Below are positions 1 to 12,350 of a stretch of 64,000 bases of DNA, one piece after another; the first letter of the stretch is position 1, and each line of letters opens with the position of its first letter. The notes beneath the pieces were generated by a model. The model saw nothing but the letters and a program-made list of their open reading frames with translations. It was not told where the DNA came from and ran no database searches. The translations under genes were made by a program, and so were the position numbers. The DNA is from Camelus ferus. Lineage: Eukaryota. The stretch lies in the NCBI RefSeq assembly GCF_009834535.1, contig NC_045696.1:116562001-116626000 (forward strand). Direction: 5' to 3'.

Positions 1-716
1 ACTAGTTTTGCCATGTTCCATAGATTTTGGTACATTGTGTTTCCATTTTCACTTGTCTTAAGGAATTTTTTACTTCCTCTTTGATTTCTTTGTTGACTCA
101 CTGACTGTCTAGTAGTATGTTGTTCAATCTCCATGTGCTTGTGTTTTTTCCAGTTTTCTTCTTACAGTTGATTTCTAGTTTTATACTATTGTGTACTGAA
201 AAGATGCTTGATATGATTTCAATTTTTTCAAATTTATTGAAATTTGTTTTATAGTCTAATGTGTGCTCTATCCTAGAGAATGTTCCCTGTGCACTTGAAA
301 AGAATGTGTATTCTGCTGTTTGGATGGGATGTTCTATATATATATCTATTAAGTCTATCTGGTATAATGTGTTCTTAAAGGCCAGTGTTTCCTTACTTAT
401 TTTCTGTCCAGCTGATCTACCCATTGCTATAAGTGGCATATTAAAGTTCCCTAATATTATTGTATTACTGTTAATTTTTATGTCTTTAATATTTGCTTTA
501 TATATTTAAGTAACCTATGTTAGGTGTATAAATATTTAAAACTCTTATATCTTCTTGTTGGACTGAACCCTTTATTAGTATGTAATTTCCTTCTTTGTCT
601 CTTGTTACAGCCTTTGTTTTAAAGTTTATTTGGTCTGATATAAGTATTGTTATCCAGCTTTCTTTTTGTTTTCATTTTCATGGAATATCTTTTCCCATAC
701 CTTCACTTCCAGTCTG
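1..716 (-). mobile_element. L1 ORF2 endonuclease-region fragment (degenerate; runs off the window start)
   Basis: Minus-strand ORF 98..439 reads EYTFFSSAQGTFSRIEHTL...IEIISSIFSVHNSIKLEIN, typical of the L1 APE endonuclease, with degraded catalytic residues. Confidence 0.92.
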
Positions 717-990
717 CTAAGAGATGGTGTACAAAACTCTAGCCCCCTTGACCTCAGCTAGGAAAATCTGAGGCAAGTGATTTTATACAATTTTCCAGGA
801 TTTTCTTGTAGAATTAAACTCCAGTTACCCACAGTGTTGACTTACCAGATGCACACCACTTACTGACTGCTTTCCCTTCCCTAATATTTTCCTCTGCTCC
901 TATACAAATGTTTCTTGGACTTTTAAACTACTTTGACATGAACTTTTGTCTCAGAGTCTTCAGGAATTTATGCAGGAAACTGAACTAAGA
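717..990 (+). mobile_element. ERVL-type solo LTR fragment (LTR16/LTR33-like)
   Basis: Its end, ctcagagtct...gaaactgaactaaga, resembles the LTR16/33 3' terminus. Assigned by eye. Confidence 0.55.
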
Positions 991-1927
991 TAAATGGGAA
1001 GGATATAGAAGAGAGATGAAGAAAACAAAACTTGGGGTAATAAACAGAGGGAAAGAGCTGGTGGGAGAAGATGGATGAGAAAAGATAACCTGATGCATGA
1101 GAAATAAGTAAGATGGCGAAACTACTGGGCTCTTATGGACAACAAGGAGGTTATTAACCTAACCTGAAAATGAAAATGCTTGGTAAATTTCTTACACAAA
1201 CCACATCTTTTTACTGCACATAAATCATGCCTGTGATAGACTTGCACTGCCTCTTTGTTGGCTGAGGGTCAGAAGACATACTAATCAGATCCAATCTTTG
1301 AAGGCTTCTAGTCCATTTTGAAGCAAAACTTACATGGTTCAGGAGGTCTTTTATAAGAAAAGTCTAATTCCCAAACAAGTCACTTACATAATCATTTTGC
1401 ATCTGACTTTTTCTTCTTCCCCTATTTCCATTTGCCTATCCAGAGTTAAAAAGGTTTTTCCCCCTCATTTTGTAGTACATTTTCCCCTTTAGATTTTGAA
1501 AAGTCAAACTCAGAGCCACATTTGTTATTCTCAGTGTTTATAATAGGATTTGGAATTTTCCAAAGTGAAATAAAAATTCAGGCTGAATATACTGATAGCC
1601 AATTTTGTATTGAATATCTTTACTGAATGGCTCAGGAAATAATTACTGAACATTTAACGTATAATTTAGTTAGTGAATAAATCTTTAGTTTCATACAATA
1701 ACCTCTCCTGACAGAGGACTACCCTGGGGATGTATTTGAGTTTCCTTTACCTTCCACTTCTCAAACAGCAAACCCCTAATGGTTTCCTCACCTGGCACTA
1801 TTTCTTCTTGTTTATTTGTTCTCTCATCTCCTTACTGGTTTAGAGTTGCCCCTTATAGAAGGAATTGTGTCACTGTAGATGATGGATGACTATATTAAAG
1901 AGAGGCCACCTATCTAGAGTATTTCAG

Positions 1928-2030
1928 AAGACATTTCTATTTTGCCAATGCCAATAAACTTTTGCACCTTCCTGAGAAACAACCCAACAATGACTTTTCA
2001 GACAACCTTTGTAGATACCTTTTCCTCTGT
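1928..2030 (+). CDS. Candidate exon of an unidentified gene or pseudogene (possible longer form 1844-2030)
   Basis: Acceptor tttcag and donor TGT|gtaagt at 2031. The open frame EDISILPMPINFCTFLRNNPTMTFQTTFVDTFSS ends in phase 2, matching exon 5929-6076. A stronger pyrimidine-rich acceptor at 1843 adds two in-frame TAG stops. Confidence 0.28.
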
Positions 2031-2750
2031 GTAAGTTTGGAAAACTGACCTGGATAGGTTGAAACATTTCTATTGTTTTGATAACAATAATATGTAGAAG
2101 AATGGCAGGCTTTAAGCACAGCGTTTTATTACTGCTAGGAACCATAGAATCACCTACTCACAGCATCACTGTTGTTTACAGTCATGGATTAATAAAGGAC
2201 ATAGAAACTTAACTATTCATGAAATAAATAATAGCCAGCATTCTCTTAGCTAATGAGATAAGCAGCTAGGGTACAATCTGTTTTAAAATTCAACTAAATC
2301 AGTGGGCACTGAATAGAGACTTAAGTTATAGCTTTGATCTTTTACCTTGTGGCATCAGTGACTCCTCTCGCAGATGCAGCTGAAAATTCAGTATCAATAG
2401 ACTTCTGGGCGTTATTTTCACTTTCAAGATAATTTTTACCAGCTATACTCATATGTACTTAACATTTTTAATAAAATCACTTTAGAACTTAAAATCCTTT
2501 TAGAAAGAAAATTAAAATTACTGCCATAAATAGAATGCTTAATTTTCTGATTCATATTAAATGGCTGCATGGACATTAAAAGATAATTTGGTTTCTGAAT
2601 CACCTACATTCATTTCATAAGCCATACTTGGGGAATATTGCTGTAGAAGAAATGCTTTCAGTGATTCTGTTTTTAAGCTATGAGGTAATACTTATGGAAT
2701 TGGTGATCATGGTGATCATCTGTACTAAATCCTTCTAATAGATTTTATTC

Positions 2751-3722
2751 ATACCAAGTATCATTTCTGACCACAATGGTATGAAAAGTAGAAATCAATA
2801 ACAAAAGAAAAATGGAAAAATTTACAAACATGTGGAAATTGACACATTCTTGAATAGACAATGGGTAACAGAAGAAATAGCAGGGAAAGTAGAAAATATA
2901 TCAAGATAAAAGAAAACAAAATCACAACATACCAAAACTCATGGGATGCAGCAAAAGCAGCACTAAGAGGAAAGTTCATAACAATAAATGCCTGCGTTAA
3001 AAAAGAAAAAAGATCTGAAATAAACACTCCAACTTTAAATCTCAAGCAACTAGAAAAGGAAGAACAAACTAAGTCCAAAGTTAGCAGAAGGAAAGAAATA
3101 ATAAATATTAGAGCAGAAAAAATGACATAGAGAATAGAAAAACAATAAGAAAAAACCAACAAAACTGAGAGTTTTTAAAAAAGACAAAATTGACAAACCA
3201 CTAGCTAAACTAAGAAAAAATGAGAGAAGATTCAAAGAAATAAAACCAGAAATAAAGGAGACAGTAGACTGATGTTGAGGAAATACAAAGATCATAAAAT
3301 ATTACTATGAACAATCATATGCCAACAAATTGGATAACCTGGAAGACACAGATAAATTCCTAGAAATAAACAATCTACCAAGACTGATCATGAAAAAATA
3401 GAAAATCTTAAAAGACCTATAACTAGTAAGGAGATTGAATCAGTAATCAAAAATTTCCCCACAAAGTAAAGCCCAGGATTAGATAGCTTCACGGGTAAAT
3501 TACAGCAAACATTTAAGAATTAACATCAAGTCTTCTTAAACTCCTCCAAAAAACTAAAGAGACACAATGCTTTCAGACCCATTCTATGAGGCCAGCATTA
3601 TCCTGATATCAAAGTCAGATAAAGATACTACATAAAATAAAACTATAGGCCAATATCTCTGATCAACACAGATGTAAAATCCTCAACAAAACACTAGCAA
3701 ACTGATTCAACTGCACATTAAG
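2751..3722 (+). mobile_element. L1 ORF2 fragment (end of endonuclease to start of RT), degenerate
   Basis: ORF 2861..3130 reads TTYQNSWDAAKAALRGKFITINAC...NLKQLEKEEQTK; downstream matches L1 YANKLDN and YRPISL regions with frameshifts. Confidence 0.92.
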
Positions 3723-3919
3723 TACTTTGGTGGAGGCAGAAACAGATCTTAATGATATAGGAACATTCTGATACAAAGAGACTTGGTTTGAAACTTATTC
3801 CTCTATTCTTTTATTCATTTATTTAGAAACCATCTAGATAGAGATCATTACATTTCAGGCAGGACGTTGGAGATAAAATGGTGACTGTGAAATAAGATTA
3901 ACAAAGACAATTTAATAAA

Positions 3920-4095
3920 ATAAGGTCTATATTAAAATGTTTTAGGCTAGATTTCCCCCTGAGATGAGCATCTGCATATCGAGAGTATTTCATTTGGGAG
4001 GTAATTCCAAAAAGCACCAATAGGGAAGTAGGGAAGTTAGACAGGTGAGGGAAGGAAGCCAGCAGAGGGTGTATTAATGAGTAAGCTGCCATTGT
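3920..4095 (-). mobile_element. ERVL LTR16/33-like fragment
   Basis: atttgggaggtaattcc...gggaagtagggaag...gggaaggaagccag resembles the antisense of LTR16-class LTRs. Confidence 0.5.
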
Positions 4096-4174
4096 GAGAA
4101 TTTTATAAACTCATAAAACACACAGTCATTTACACAGAGCAGAAAAATACTATAGATGTAATACTGAAAGAGAT

Positions 4175-4212
4175 TTGGAGGGCAGCTATGCTCACCACTA
4201 TACCACCAGCAC
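4175..4212 (-). pseudogene. Tailless retropseudogene of the 5' half of tRNA-Gly(TCC)
   Basis: The minus strand GTGCTGGTGGTATAGTGGTGAGCATAGCTGCCCTCCAA matches the tRNA-Gly-TCC 5' half (GCGTTGGTGGTATAGTGGTGAGCATAGCTGCCTTCCAA) with 3 mismatches. It is flanked by the direct repeat actgaaagagatttgga (4163-4179 and 4211-4227) and has no poly(A). Confidence 0.88.
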
Positions 4213-4959
4213 TGAAAGAGATTTGGAAAGGAGGGGATGCAAGAGCAAGTTGGTGGTACTTATGAATCTTACGACATGTGAAGACGTCATTTCTTTCTCC
4301 AATTTCTGCAGATGCTGATACACAAATCATTAAATATTTCTTGAATATTTATTCATTCTTGTCTTACCATCATAGATGTGGAGAGGGGTTTAAGGAAATG
4401 AGCATGTATCAATAACTTTGATTTTCCATGCAAAACTGGTTGGTAAATGCATTTGCTCAACGAACATTTTATATAATAGGTCATACTCTCCCCTATTTCA
4501 GATAAACATAGGGTTTGATTGATGGGAAATTATAAATATTTGGAATATTTTTACTTGATTTGATAGGTTTGTATTGAGATTTTTTTCAGCCAAATATTCA
4601 CATTTTAAATTTGTAAATCAAATTATTGTTAAAAAGGTTAAATTATTCAACTTTTCTTTGTCCCATTTCTTCATATAGAAAATAGAGGTGATGATTTTTT
4701 CCCACTTTACAGGATATTGTTAAAATTAAAAGAGGTACTATATGTAAAATGTTTTAAAAAATGCCTATTACATTTTAAGGATTTAATGGTAAATATTTTT
4801 TATTGTTATTATCATCTAATATACATTCTCAAAGTTTATTTTATGTAGCAATGAGCTGTATTAGAATTAAGGTATCTAAAGTCTAAAAGAGTCCAGATCT
4901 TAGACACTTGTATAGATCACACTCTACTTTGAGATAGTATTGTGTAATGATGAAAATTA

Positions 4960-5590
4960 CAGACTGTGTATCTATGGATAAATGGATAAAGAAGATTTAT
5001 ATATATATATATATACACACACACATATACATATACACACATACATACATATATATACACACACCATCATATATATATGAATATGATGGAATATTATTCA
5101 TCTATGAGAAAGAAAAAAATCCTGATATTTGTAACAACACGGATAGACCTTGAGGGCATTACGTTATGCTAAGTGTAACAAATCAGACAGAGAGACAAAT
5201 ATTGTATGGTCCCCTATACGTGGACACTGAAAGAGCCAAACTCACAAAGCAGAGAGTACAATGGTGGCTGCCAGGGGCTGGGGAGTAGAGGAAGTAGGAA
5301 GATGTCAGTCAAAGGGTATAAAGTTCCCATTATAATATGAGAAAGTTCTAAGGATCTAATGTACAGCATGGAGACTGTAGTTAACAATACTGTATTATAC
5401 ACTTAAAAGTTGCTAAAAAAGTGGATCTTAAATGTTCTCACCACAAAAAAGAAATTGGGATTGCGTGATGTGATGGAGATGTCAATATGTAATCATTTTA
5501 CAATATGTAAGTGTAACCTATTAATACACAGTACACAGTAAACTTACATGATGTTATATGTCAATCATATCTGAATAAAGCTGGTGGGAA
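4960..5590 (+). mobile_element. L1 3' end (older L1MA/MB-like) with an internal (TA/CA)n tract
   Basis: Contains ggataaatggataaagaa, gacaaatattgtatg and aaagttgctaa...gatcttaaatgttctcaccacaaaa, and ends at aataaagctg. Confidence 0.85.
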
Positions 5591-5594
5591 GAAG

Positions 5595-5795
5595 TACAGA
5601 CTCTTGAGCCAGACTGCTGTTACGAGTTGTATGTGTCTGACAAGTTACTCAGTGTCTCTCAGACTCAGTGCTTTAGTATGGAACAGGTGTAATAATGGTA
5701 TTTACCATGTAGGGTTGTTGTAAGAGTTAAATGAGCTAGTGCATACTTAGGACAGTGCCTGACACAAAGTAAATACTAATAAGCATTTGTTAGTA
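5595..5795 (+). mobile_element. MIR SINE
   Basis: MIR core: gacaagttact...ctcagt...gggttgttgtaagagttaaatgag...acagtgcctgacaca. Confidence 0.75.
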
Positions 5796-5928
5796 TTATT
5801 TTTTTTTTTATTCTACTAGACACTTAGTACACAGCCTTAAAGAGCTTGGCAAGGCACCTAATGAAAGACAAATCTTGCATTATGTCATTATTTTACACTG
5901 CATAGATTCCCAGTGTCTCTTATTTCAG

Positions 5929-6076
5929 TCAACAGGGTACGATGGAGCTGATCCTGAGGATGGAATGCAATAAGCTGACTTTTCTTGCGGGCTTAAATAT
6001 TACATATTTGCAAGAGACCTGGAATTTAGAAAATGTATATTCAAACTTTGACATTTCTGCACCCTCCTGGAAAATG
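5929..6076 (+). CDS. Candidate 148-nt internal exon of an unidentified gene or pseudogene
   Basis: Acceptor gtctcttatttcag and donor ATG|gtaaag in unique, non-repeat sequence. Only one frame is open: QQGTMELILRMECNKLTFLAGLNITYLQETWNLENVYSNFDISAPSWKM. No protein family recognised. Confidence 0.38.
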
Positions 6077-6979
6077 GTAAAGTATATTCCTACTCTTATA
6101 AGGAAGAAATCTATTTGGATTCTGTGTGTAAACGTGTTGGATGTGGTTTGCCTCATGTATGATCTGCTTGTTATGTTGTATAATCACATTTTGTCAATTT
6201 CTCAGCCTTTAATGGGTTTCATTATAGAGTTGATTATTTTTGGAGATCTAAATGATAAAATCGGTGGTGGGTTCTAATGAGTTCTACATAGATGGTTGAC
6301 AAATGGAAGGAATGATTTTTTGTGGGCCACATTCCTCTAGAGATGGATGATAAACTAAAGGAAAAAGAACAGTTGGTGTTGAATGACAGCAACGAGAATA
6401 TATCTGGATAACTTTGTCAAGGCATTGAGTGTGATGAAAATGATTCATTTTCACCTAATCTCCCCCTGTTTCTATTCCGGGGTCCAGGTTTACAGGTTAT
6501 AATAATGTTCTTCCCTGTTTAGACTATCCAGAGCTTGCCTAAACTTATGGCTTTTCTAGTGAAATAGGAGATTACCAAGAGTAATGAAAACTGATGTGGG
6601 GTGAAAGGGGGGCAGATTTACTTCTTAGTTATATTAGTAATTGTTTGCTTTTCAGTATTTTCTCAAAATTATGTCTTGAATGTCTGGAAGTATATGCCTT
6701 TCCTCCCACCTCTTACACACAGGTTATTTATGGATTAACTAAATTTGGTTTTATTTTGTTTTCCCATAAATATTAGACTCACTATTCCAGTGCCTACCTT
6801 GGTAAATACTCCTGCTAACAAAGGCAAACACGTACAACACCAAGTCAGGTCAGGCCAGACAAAGCAAGGAAAGCAAGATAAAACAAGGCACAACACGCAA
6901 AGAAATTAAATAAAAAACGTCTGGACTGATTAATAAAGTTATACCTTAAGCAGTATCTGAAAGGACAAGCTACATTCTT

Positions 6980-7070
6980 TTTTTTTTTTTTCCTGAACAG
7001 TGGCCTTTATTTTCCACACTTAGCAAGAGGTAGATTTATTAAAAAAAATTTTTTTTTATTGAGGTATAGT
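6980..7070 (-). mobile_element. Extremely 5'-truncated L1 carrying a 3'-transduced segment
   Basis: Perfect 15-bp TSD acaagctacattctt (6965-6979 and 7071-7085). The minus strand reads L1 terminus actatacctcaataaaaaaaaa, then ~57 nt of non-L1 sequence with AATAAA, then poly(A). Confidence 0.8.
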
Positions 7071-7604
7071 ACAAGCTACATTCTTATAAAGTTAAAATCT
7101 TCCGTTACGGTTTTCATTGCCTCCAAAAACCAATTCAAACCAACTCAATCACCAAACAACCAATTAATAAACAAACAAAAGACCCAATTCCAACTTTCAC
7201 AACTTTCTCTTACCTCTTGGTTCAGTCCTCCAGAGTCATCCATTCTTGTAGGAGAAACAGAGTTTAGTTACCAGGTTCAATTAGAAGAGCACGTCTGGGG
7301 AAACATTTTCTATGTATAATTTGATGAGGGAAGCCATGGATGTCCTGATGCTGGTTAACACCTGAGAGGAGGAATAGAGATCACAGGCCCATCATTTGGT
7401 TATTTTTCTGGATCACTCTTAATTCTAGGTGCACAACCAAAGGCCAAAAGATTTTGCAATCCTTGGCATTGCTGTTGTCTTCTCTTTGATTCTGACCTAG
7501 CCATGTGATTACTCTTCAGTAAATATTTTTGAGTTCCTACTACCTCTGAGGCATGATTATTATCCTTAAGGAGCTTACAGTTGGGAATGGGTCCCCCTAG
7601 CACT

Positions 7605-8247
7605 TTTTAGATAACAGTTACATTGAGATATAATTCATATACCATATAATTCATCCATTTAAAAGTGACAATTCAGTGGTTTTCAGTATATTCACAGAGT
7701 TGGGCAGCCATTACCACAATCAATTTTAGACTATTTTCATCATTAAAGAGAAACCCTATTCATTAGCTGTCACTCTCCACTTCTCCTCAACTTCCCGGCT
7801 CTATGAACCACCCATATACTTTCCATCTCAGTGGATTTGCCTATTCTAAACACGTCGTATAAGTAAGACCATACAATATATAGTCCCTTGTGCCTGGCTG
7901 CATTCACTTAGCATGATGAGTCAAGGTTCACCCATCCTGTACCATCAGTACTTCATTCCTTTTACTGCCAAATAAGATTCCATTGTATGGATGTACCATA
8001 TTTTATTTATTTATTCATCAGCTTTTAGGCATTTGGGCTACTTCCATATTTTGGCTATTAGGAATAATATTGCTATCAGAATTCTTGTAGAACTATTTGG
8101 TAGGCATATGTTCTCATTTTTCTTAGGTATATACTTAGGCATAGAACTGCTGGATCATATGGTAACTGTATTTAGTCTTTTGAGAAAATGCCAGACTGTT
8201 TTTCATGGCAGTTATGCCATTTTACATTCCTACTAGCAGTGTGTTAG
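7605..8247 (-). mobile_element. L1 3' end (L1MA/MB-like)
   Basis: Antisense L1 3' UTR and ORF2 end: attgagatataattcatatacc...cattgtatggatgtacca...ttacattcctactagcag. Confidence 0.88.
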
Positions 8248-8948
8248 CACTTTTGTTGTATTTTCTCCCTATGAAAGTCAGCATCAGCTTTACCCTCTCT
8301 TCTTAACTACCCTATCTGATCACCTATCAGCCTTGACAATATAGGTGTATGTGTAGGTGTTAAAAATGCCTTTCCCCAGAGGCACTGCTCCTCTCATTGG
8401 TTTGGGGTTTGGTGTCGGAGGAGACATTTCGTTCCCTGGAAGCCCACTCAGCAGTGCAAGAAGGTGCTGGCTCATCCATTCTTTATTGTGGGCACTGAAT
8501 GACACTGGGGAGGACCAGAGTCATTTCCTGGTTTTCTGAGGTCACACCCCCCAACCATGCCCCTGCTTCATTCTCCCAAGTGCTTCGAGGATGCCCGGGA
8601 TTCCATTAGGACTAGCATCTGGTGTTCTTAATACAAAAGCACTTAACTGTTCTCAAAGTGGGAGAGAGATTTTTTTGAAGATTGTAGAAGGAAGCAGGTT
8701 GTAAAACATGTATGTAGAGTACCTGGAAATGTGTAAACAGGTAAAACCAGAGGGCAAGGAGAAGTACGTTGTCTCTACCTCACCATCCTGAGTCACTGAA
8801 CTCATATTCTGTAAGTTGCTTTATATCATTTCTCAGAAACCAATCTCTTTTCTCACATTAAGTTTCCATATAAGGTGATATTATGGGGGAAATAAAGCAT
8901 AATGCAAGCACTGCATTGTTGTTGTTACTGGTGTTTAAAAAGGGCTAT

Positions 8949-9138
8949 TAAAAATTTAGACTTACCATATAATCCAGCAATCCCACTCCTGGGCATATAT
9001 CCAAAAGGGAACTTTAATTCAAAAAGATATATGCACCCCAATGTTTACAGCAGCACTGTTTACAATAGCCAAGATATGGAAACAACCTAAATGTCCGTTG
9101 ACAGATGACTCGATAAAGAAGTTGTAGTGTATATATAT

Positions 9139-9197
<59 letters not shown>

Positions 9198-9641
9198 GAA
9201 TACTACTCAGCCATAAAAATGAATAAAATAATGCTATTTGCAGCAACATGGATGGACCTGGAGATCGTCACTGTAAGTAAAGTAAGCCAGAAAGAGAAAG
9301 AATACCATATGAATCTAAAAAAAAAAGACAAATGAACTTACTTATAAAATAGAAACAGACTCATAAACATAGAAAACAAACTTATGGTTACCAGTGGGAA
9401 AAGGGGGTGGGAAGGGATAAATTGGCAGTTGAGATTTGCAGATACTACCTACTATATATAAAATAGATAAACAAGTTTCTTCTGTATAGCACAGAGAACT
9501 ATATTCAATATCTTGTAGTAACCTATAATGAAAAAGAATCTGAAAACAAGTATATGTATGTGTATGTATGACTGAAGCATTATGCTGTACACCAGAAACT
9601 GACACATTGTAAACTGGTTATACTTCAATAAAAAAAATAAA
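8949..9641 (+). mobile_element. Artiodactyl/camelid-type L1 3' end
   Basis: [15 protein letters not shown] motif; 3' UTR ggttaccagtgggaaaagggg...tatacttcaataaaaaa. Confidence 0.9.
9130..9192. repeat. (TA)n microsatellite inside L1
   Basis: Long, nearly pure TA run. Confidence 0.95.
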
Positions 9642-10049
9642 TATCTGCCTTTCTCAATACAACCAATTGGAAATTAATATCAAAGCTGGAATCCTCATGG
9701 CTTTTGTATATGTGTGTGTGCATAAACTTGTAATAAAATTTATTTGGGAAAAAAATAAAAATGCCTGTCCCTTATCAATACCACTCATCATTTTAAAACT
9801 TCACAATAATAATAGCCTTGGCTGGTCTTCCTGTGTCTGCTCCCTCCTACCTTCTTTGCATCCTCTGTTATTACCCTAGAGTTAAAAAAAACTTTCTGTA
9901 TTTCTTTTTTCCTTAAAATCTCTCACTGCCCAGTCTGCCCACCACAGTTTCTACCCAATATAAATCACCTCTCCAGGTTCCAGCCTAGCTTGCCAAGCTC
10001 ACTTCCGGCGGCCCAATCACTGGCATGCTTCTCTCCAGCTACCACAAAG

Positions 10050-10445
10050 CCCCTGCTGTTTCATGGAACCACCTGATCTTTCAGGCCTCTAGGTCTTTCC
10101 CCAGATTTTCTTTTGCCTGGCATGTCTCTTCCACTTTTGTTGTTCTATTCAACTCCTATTTGTCTTTCAAGACTTCAGCTAAAGAACCTTTTTTTTCCCT
10201 TTGAAGACTTTCTTTCCCAAGACCTGCAGGGAGAGGTAGTATCTAGTCCCCGCCACCACCCCAGTTTTATTGTTGTACATATCACATTGTATGACAGTTA
10301 TTTGTTTTTTAATGTCTCCTTCTCTCTTTAGACTGTGAGATATTTTTCCAAGAGCAAGAGACCTTAATGATCACCTGGTTTACTTTTCTCTTTTGAAAGA
10401 TGGGGCAACTAAGGCAGAGAAGTGACTTACCCAAGGTCATTGTGT
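10050..10445. mobile_element. L2 fragment followed by a MIR fragment
   Basis: L2-like ctttcaagacttcagct...tagactgtgag, then MIR-like gcaactaaggcagagaagtgacttacccaaggtca. Confidence 0.55.
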
Positions 10446-11444
10446 AACTGTTTGCTCAACACCATTACTACCTTCAAGTCTAACTCACAGAAAGTCTAAA
10501 AAATTTTTGGTTGTCTTTTTCCTGGTTTAAAAATATCATTCTTTAGTGATATGGATGGGTCCAGGGCAATCAATAAGAATAAAGATCTATTATTTACTCT
10601 GATTATATATATATATATATATATATATACTTTAAGAAATATACTTAGCCATAGAAGCTCAAAGCACTGAAATGATTTTAAAACAGCTTATCAGCAAATT
10701 CTTAGTTTGCTGGGATTTGACCAAAAGTTTATTCAATGGCATGTCTTTTTCTTCAAATAACATAGTAATACATTCACAGAGTGATCAGTGCCCATGGTTG
10801 TAAAGACACCCACCAAAAAATATTCCTGTAACAAATGAACTTTTAAAAATGGACATGATCCTGAATATTTACTGAACAATACTGTTGGGTTTACTTCACA
10901 TTACTAGATACATTTCTCTTTAGTTTTACTCACATCAAATATGATATAGGAAATAATGGTGGTTCTAAAGGGCCAGATTTCCCTTTTGAGGCAGGTTAAA
11001 GAGCCTTTTGAAAACTTCTCTGGACCATTTTCTAAGGCAGTGAAAAGACACCTGTACGTAGTTGTTTTAGATTGAATAGGTTTCTAAAGTCCTGATACGT
11101 AGGCTGTGTTTTGAGGTCTCTTTCTCAGGGGACTGTCGAATCATGGGGAGCTGGTAGAGTAACTGATCACTTGTAAGCAGTCCAGATGTAGGGCAGTACC
11201 TCTATTCCATTTCATGTTTTTAAGCAAAGATACTCTGTGATGAGTTTTCATTTTAGTTCCAGGATATTAGGTTGGGTATTCGTAGTTTTCATTATTACCT
11301 TCTTTTCTTTCCTGTTTATCTAATTCAGGCCGAGTGCTGATCCAATTCAGAAACAGCTTTCTGAATACGCCCCCTGGACTGTCCAGGACAACCTCCCATC
11401 CGACATCAGAAGGCTCTTCCATAGCTCTGACTATGCCCCTCCTC

Positions 11445-12350
11445 TTTACTCATGTCTTTATTGAACAGTCACTATTTGCCAGGCACTGTCCAGGCACTGA
11501 GGCAGAGGGCTGAGATTGCTCTTGTAGTCTTCCCAGGAGGACAGACATGGCACAAGGCATTATACACTTGATGCACAAGGGGTAGTGGTAGTCACACTGG
11601 TGGGGGACCTTCACAAAGAGGAAAACGCATGTTTGAAAACCCTGACATTAGGAAAAATGGAACTGGAGTGAGGTTATCAAAGGCAAAAGGGGCATGAAAT
11701 AAAGATGAAGATAAGCGTGGTCCACATTGTGCAGGGCCTTCCAAGTCATCTTAAGGAGAAGGAATTTTGCTCCATGTGTAACAGGGAATCCATTGAAGGG
11801 TTTCAAACAGGGGAGTAATGTGCTCAGACTACATTTTTAAAAAGTCATCTTTGTTTCTCTTTGGGCAATAAATTGGAGAGGGGGCAAAAGTAGAAGCAGA
11901 GGACCAGTTAGGAGACTTTTACACTCATTCAGGTGAGAGACAACATTGACTTGGGCTTAGGGTTGATTCAGCTAGGATGAGAGAATCAGAAGATTCAAGA
12001 GATGTTTAGGCGTTTGATTCTAAAGAATGTTATGACTGGACAGAGATCAGGGAGGTGTAAAAGTCAAGGATGCATATCAAATATTGGGCTTAAAGAATTG
12101 AGTGGATAATAATGGAATTATTCTGACACAGGGAAATACGTGGGCAGATGATGAGTTTAATTGTACATGGTGAGCTGAAAGGTGTCTGTGATATTTCCTC
12201 ATGGAGATGTCCTCAGGCAGTTGCATGGTGTGACTCAACTCAGGGAAGAGGTCTGGGCTGAAGATGTAGATTTAGGTAATGCAGGTTGTCACCATGACAC
12301 AAGAACAGATGAGATCACCTAGAGAGGACTGTAGAATGAGAAGAGGACCA
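11445..12350 (-). mobile_element. L2 LINE fragment
   Basis: tttattgaacagtcactatttgccaggcactgt is the antisense L2 tail, followed by a purine-rich L2 body (ggagatgtcc...gaagaggtctgggctgaagat). Confidence 0.75.

Noticed and set aside
5942..6277. Standalone 111-aa single-exon protein
   Set aside because: A donor-like site at 6077 and a T-rich, intron-like continuation suggest that only 5929-6076 is exonic, if anything is.
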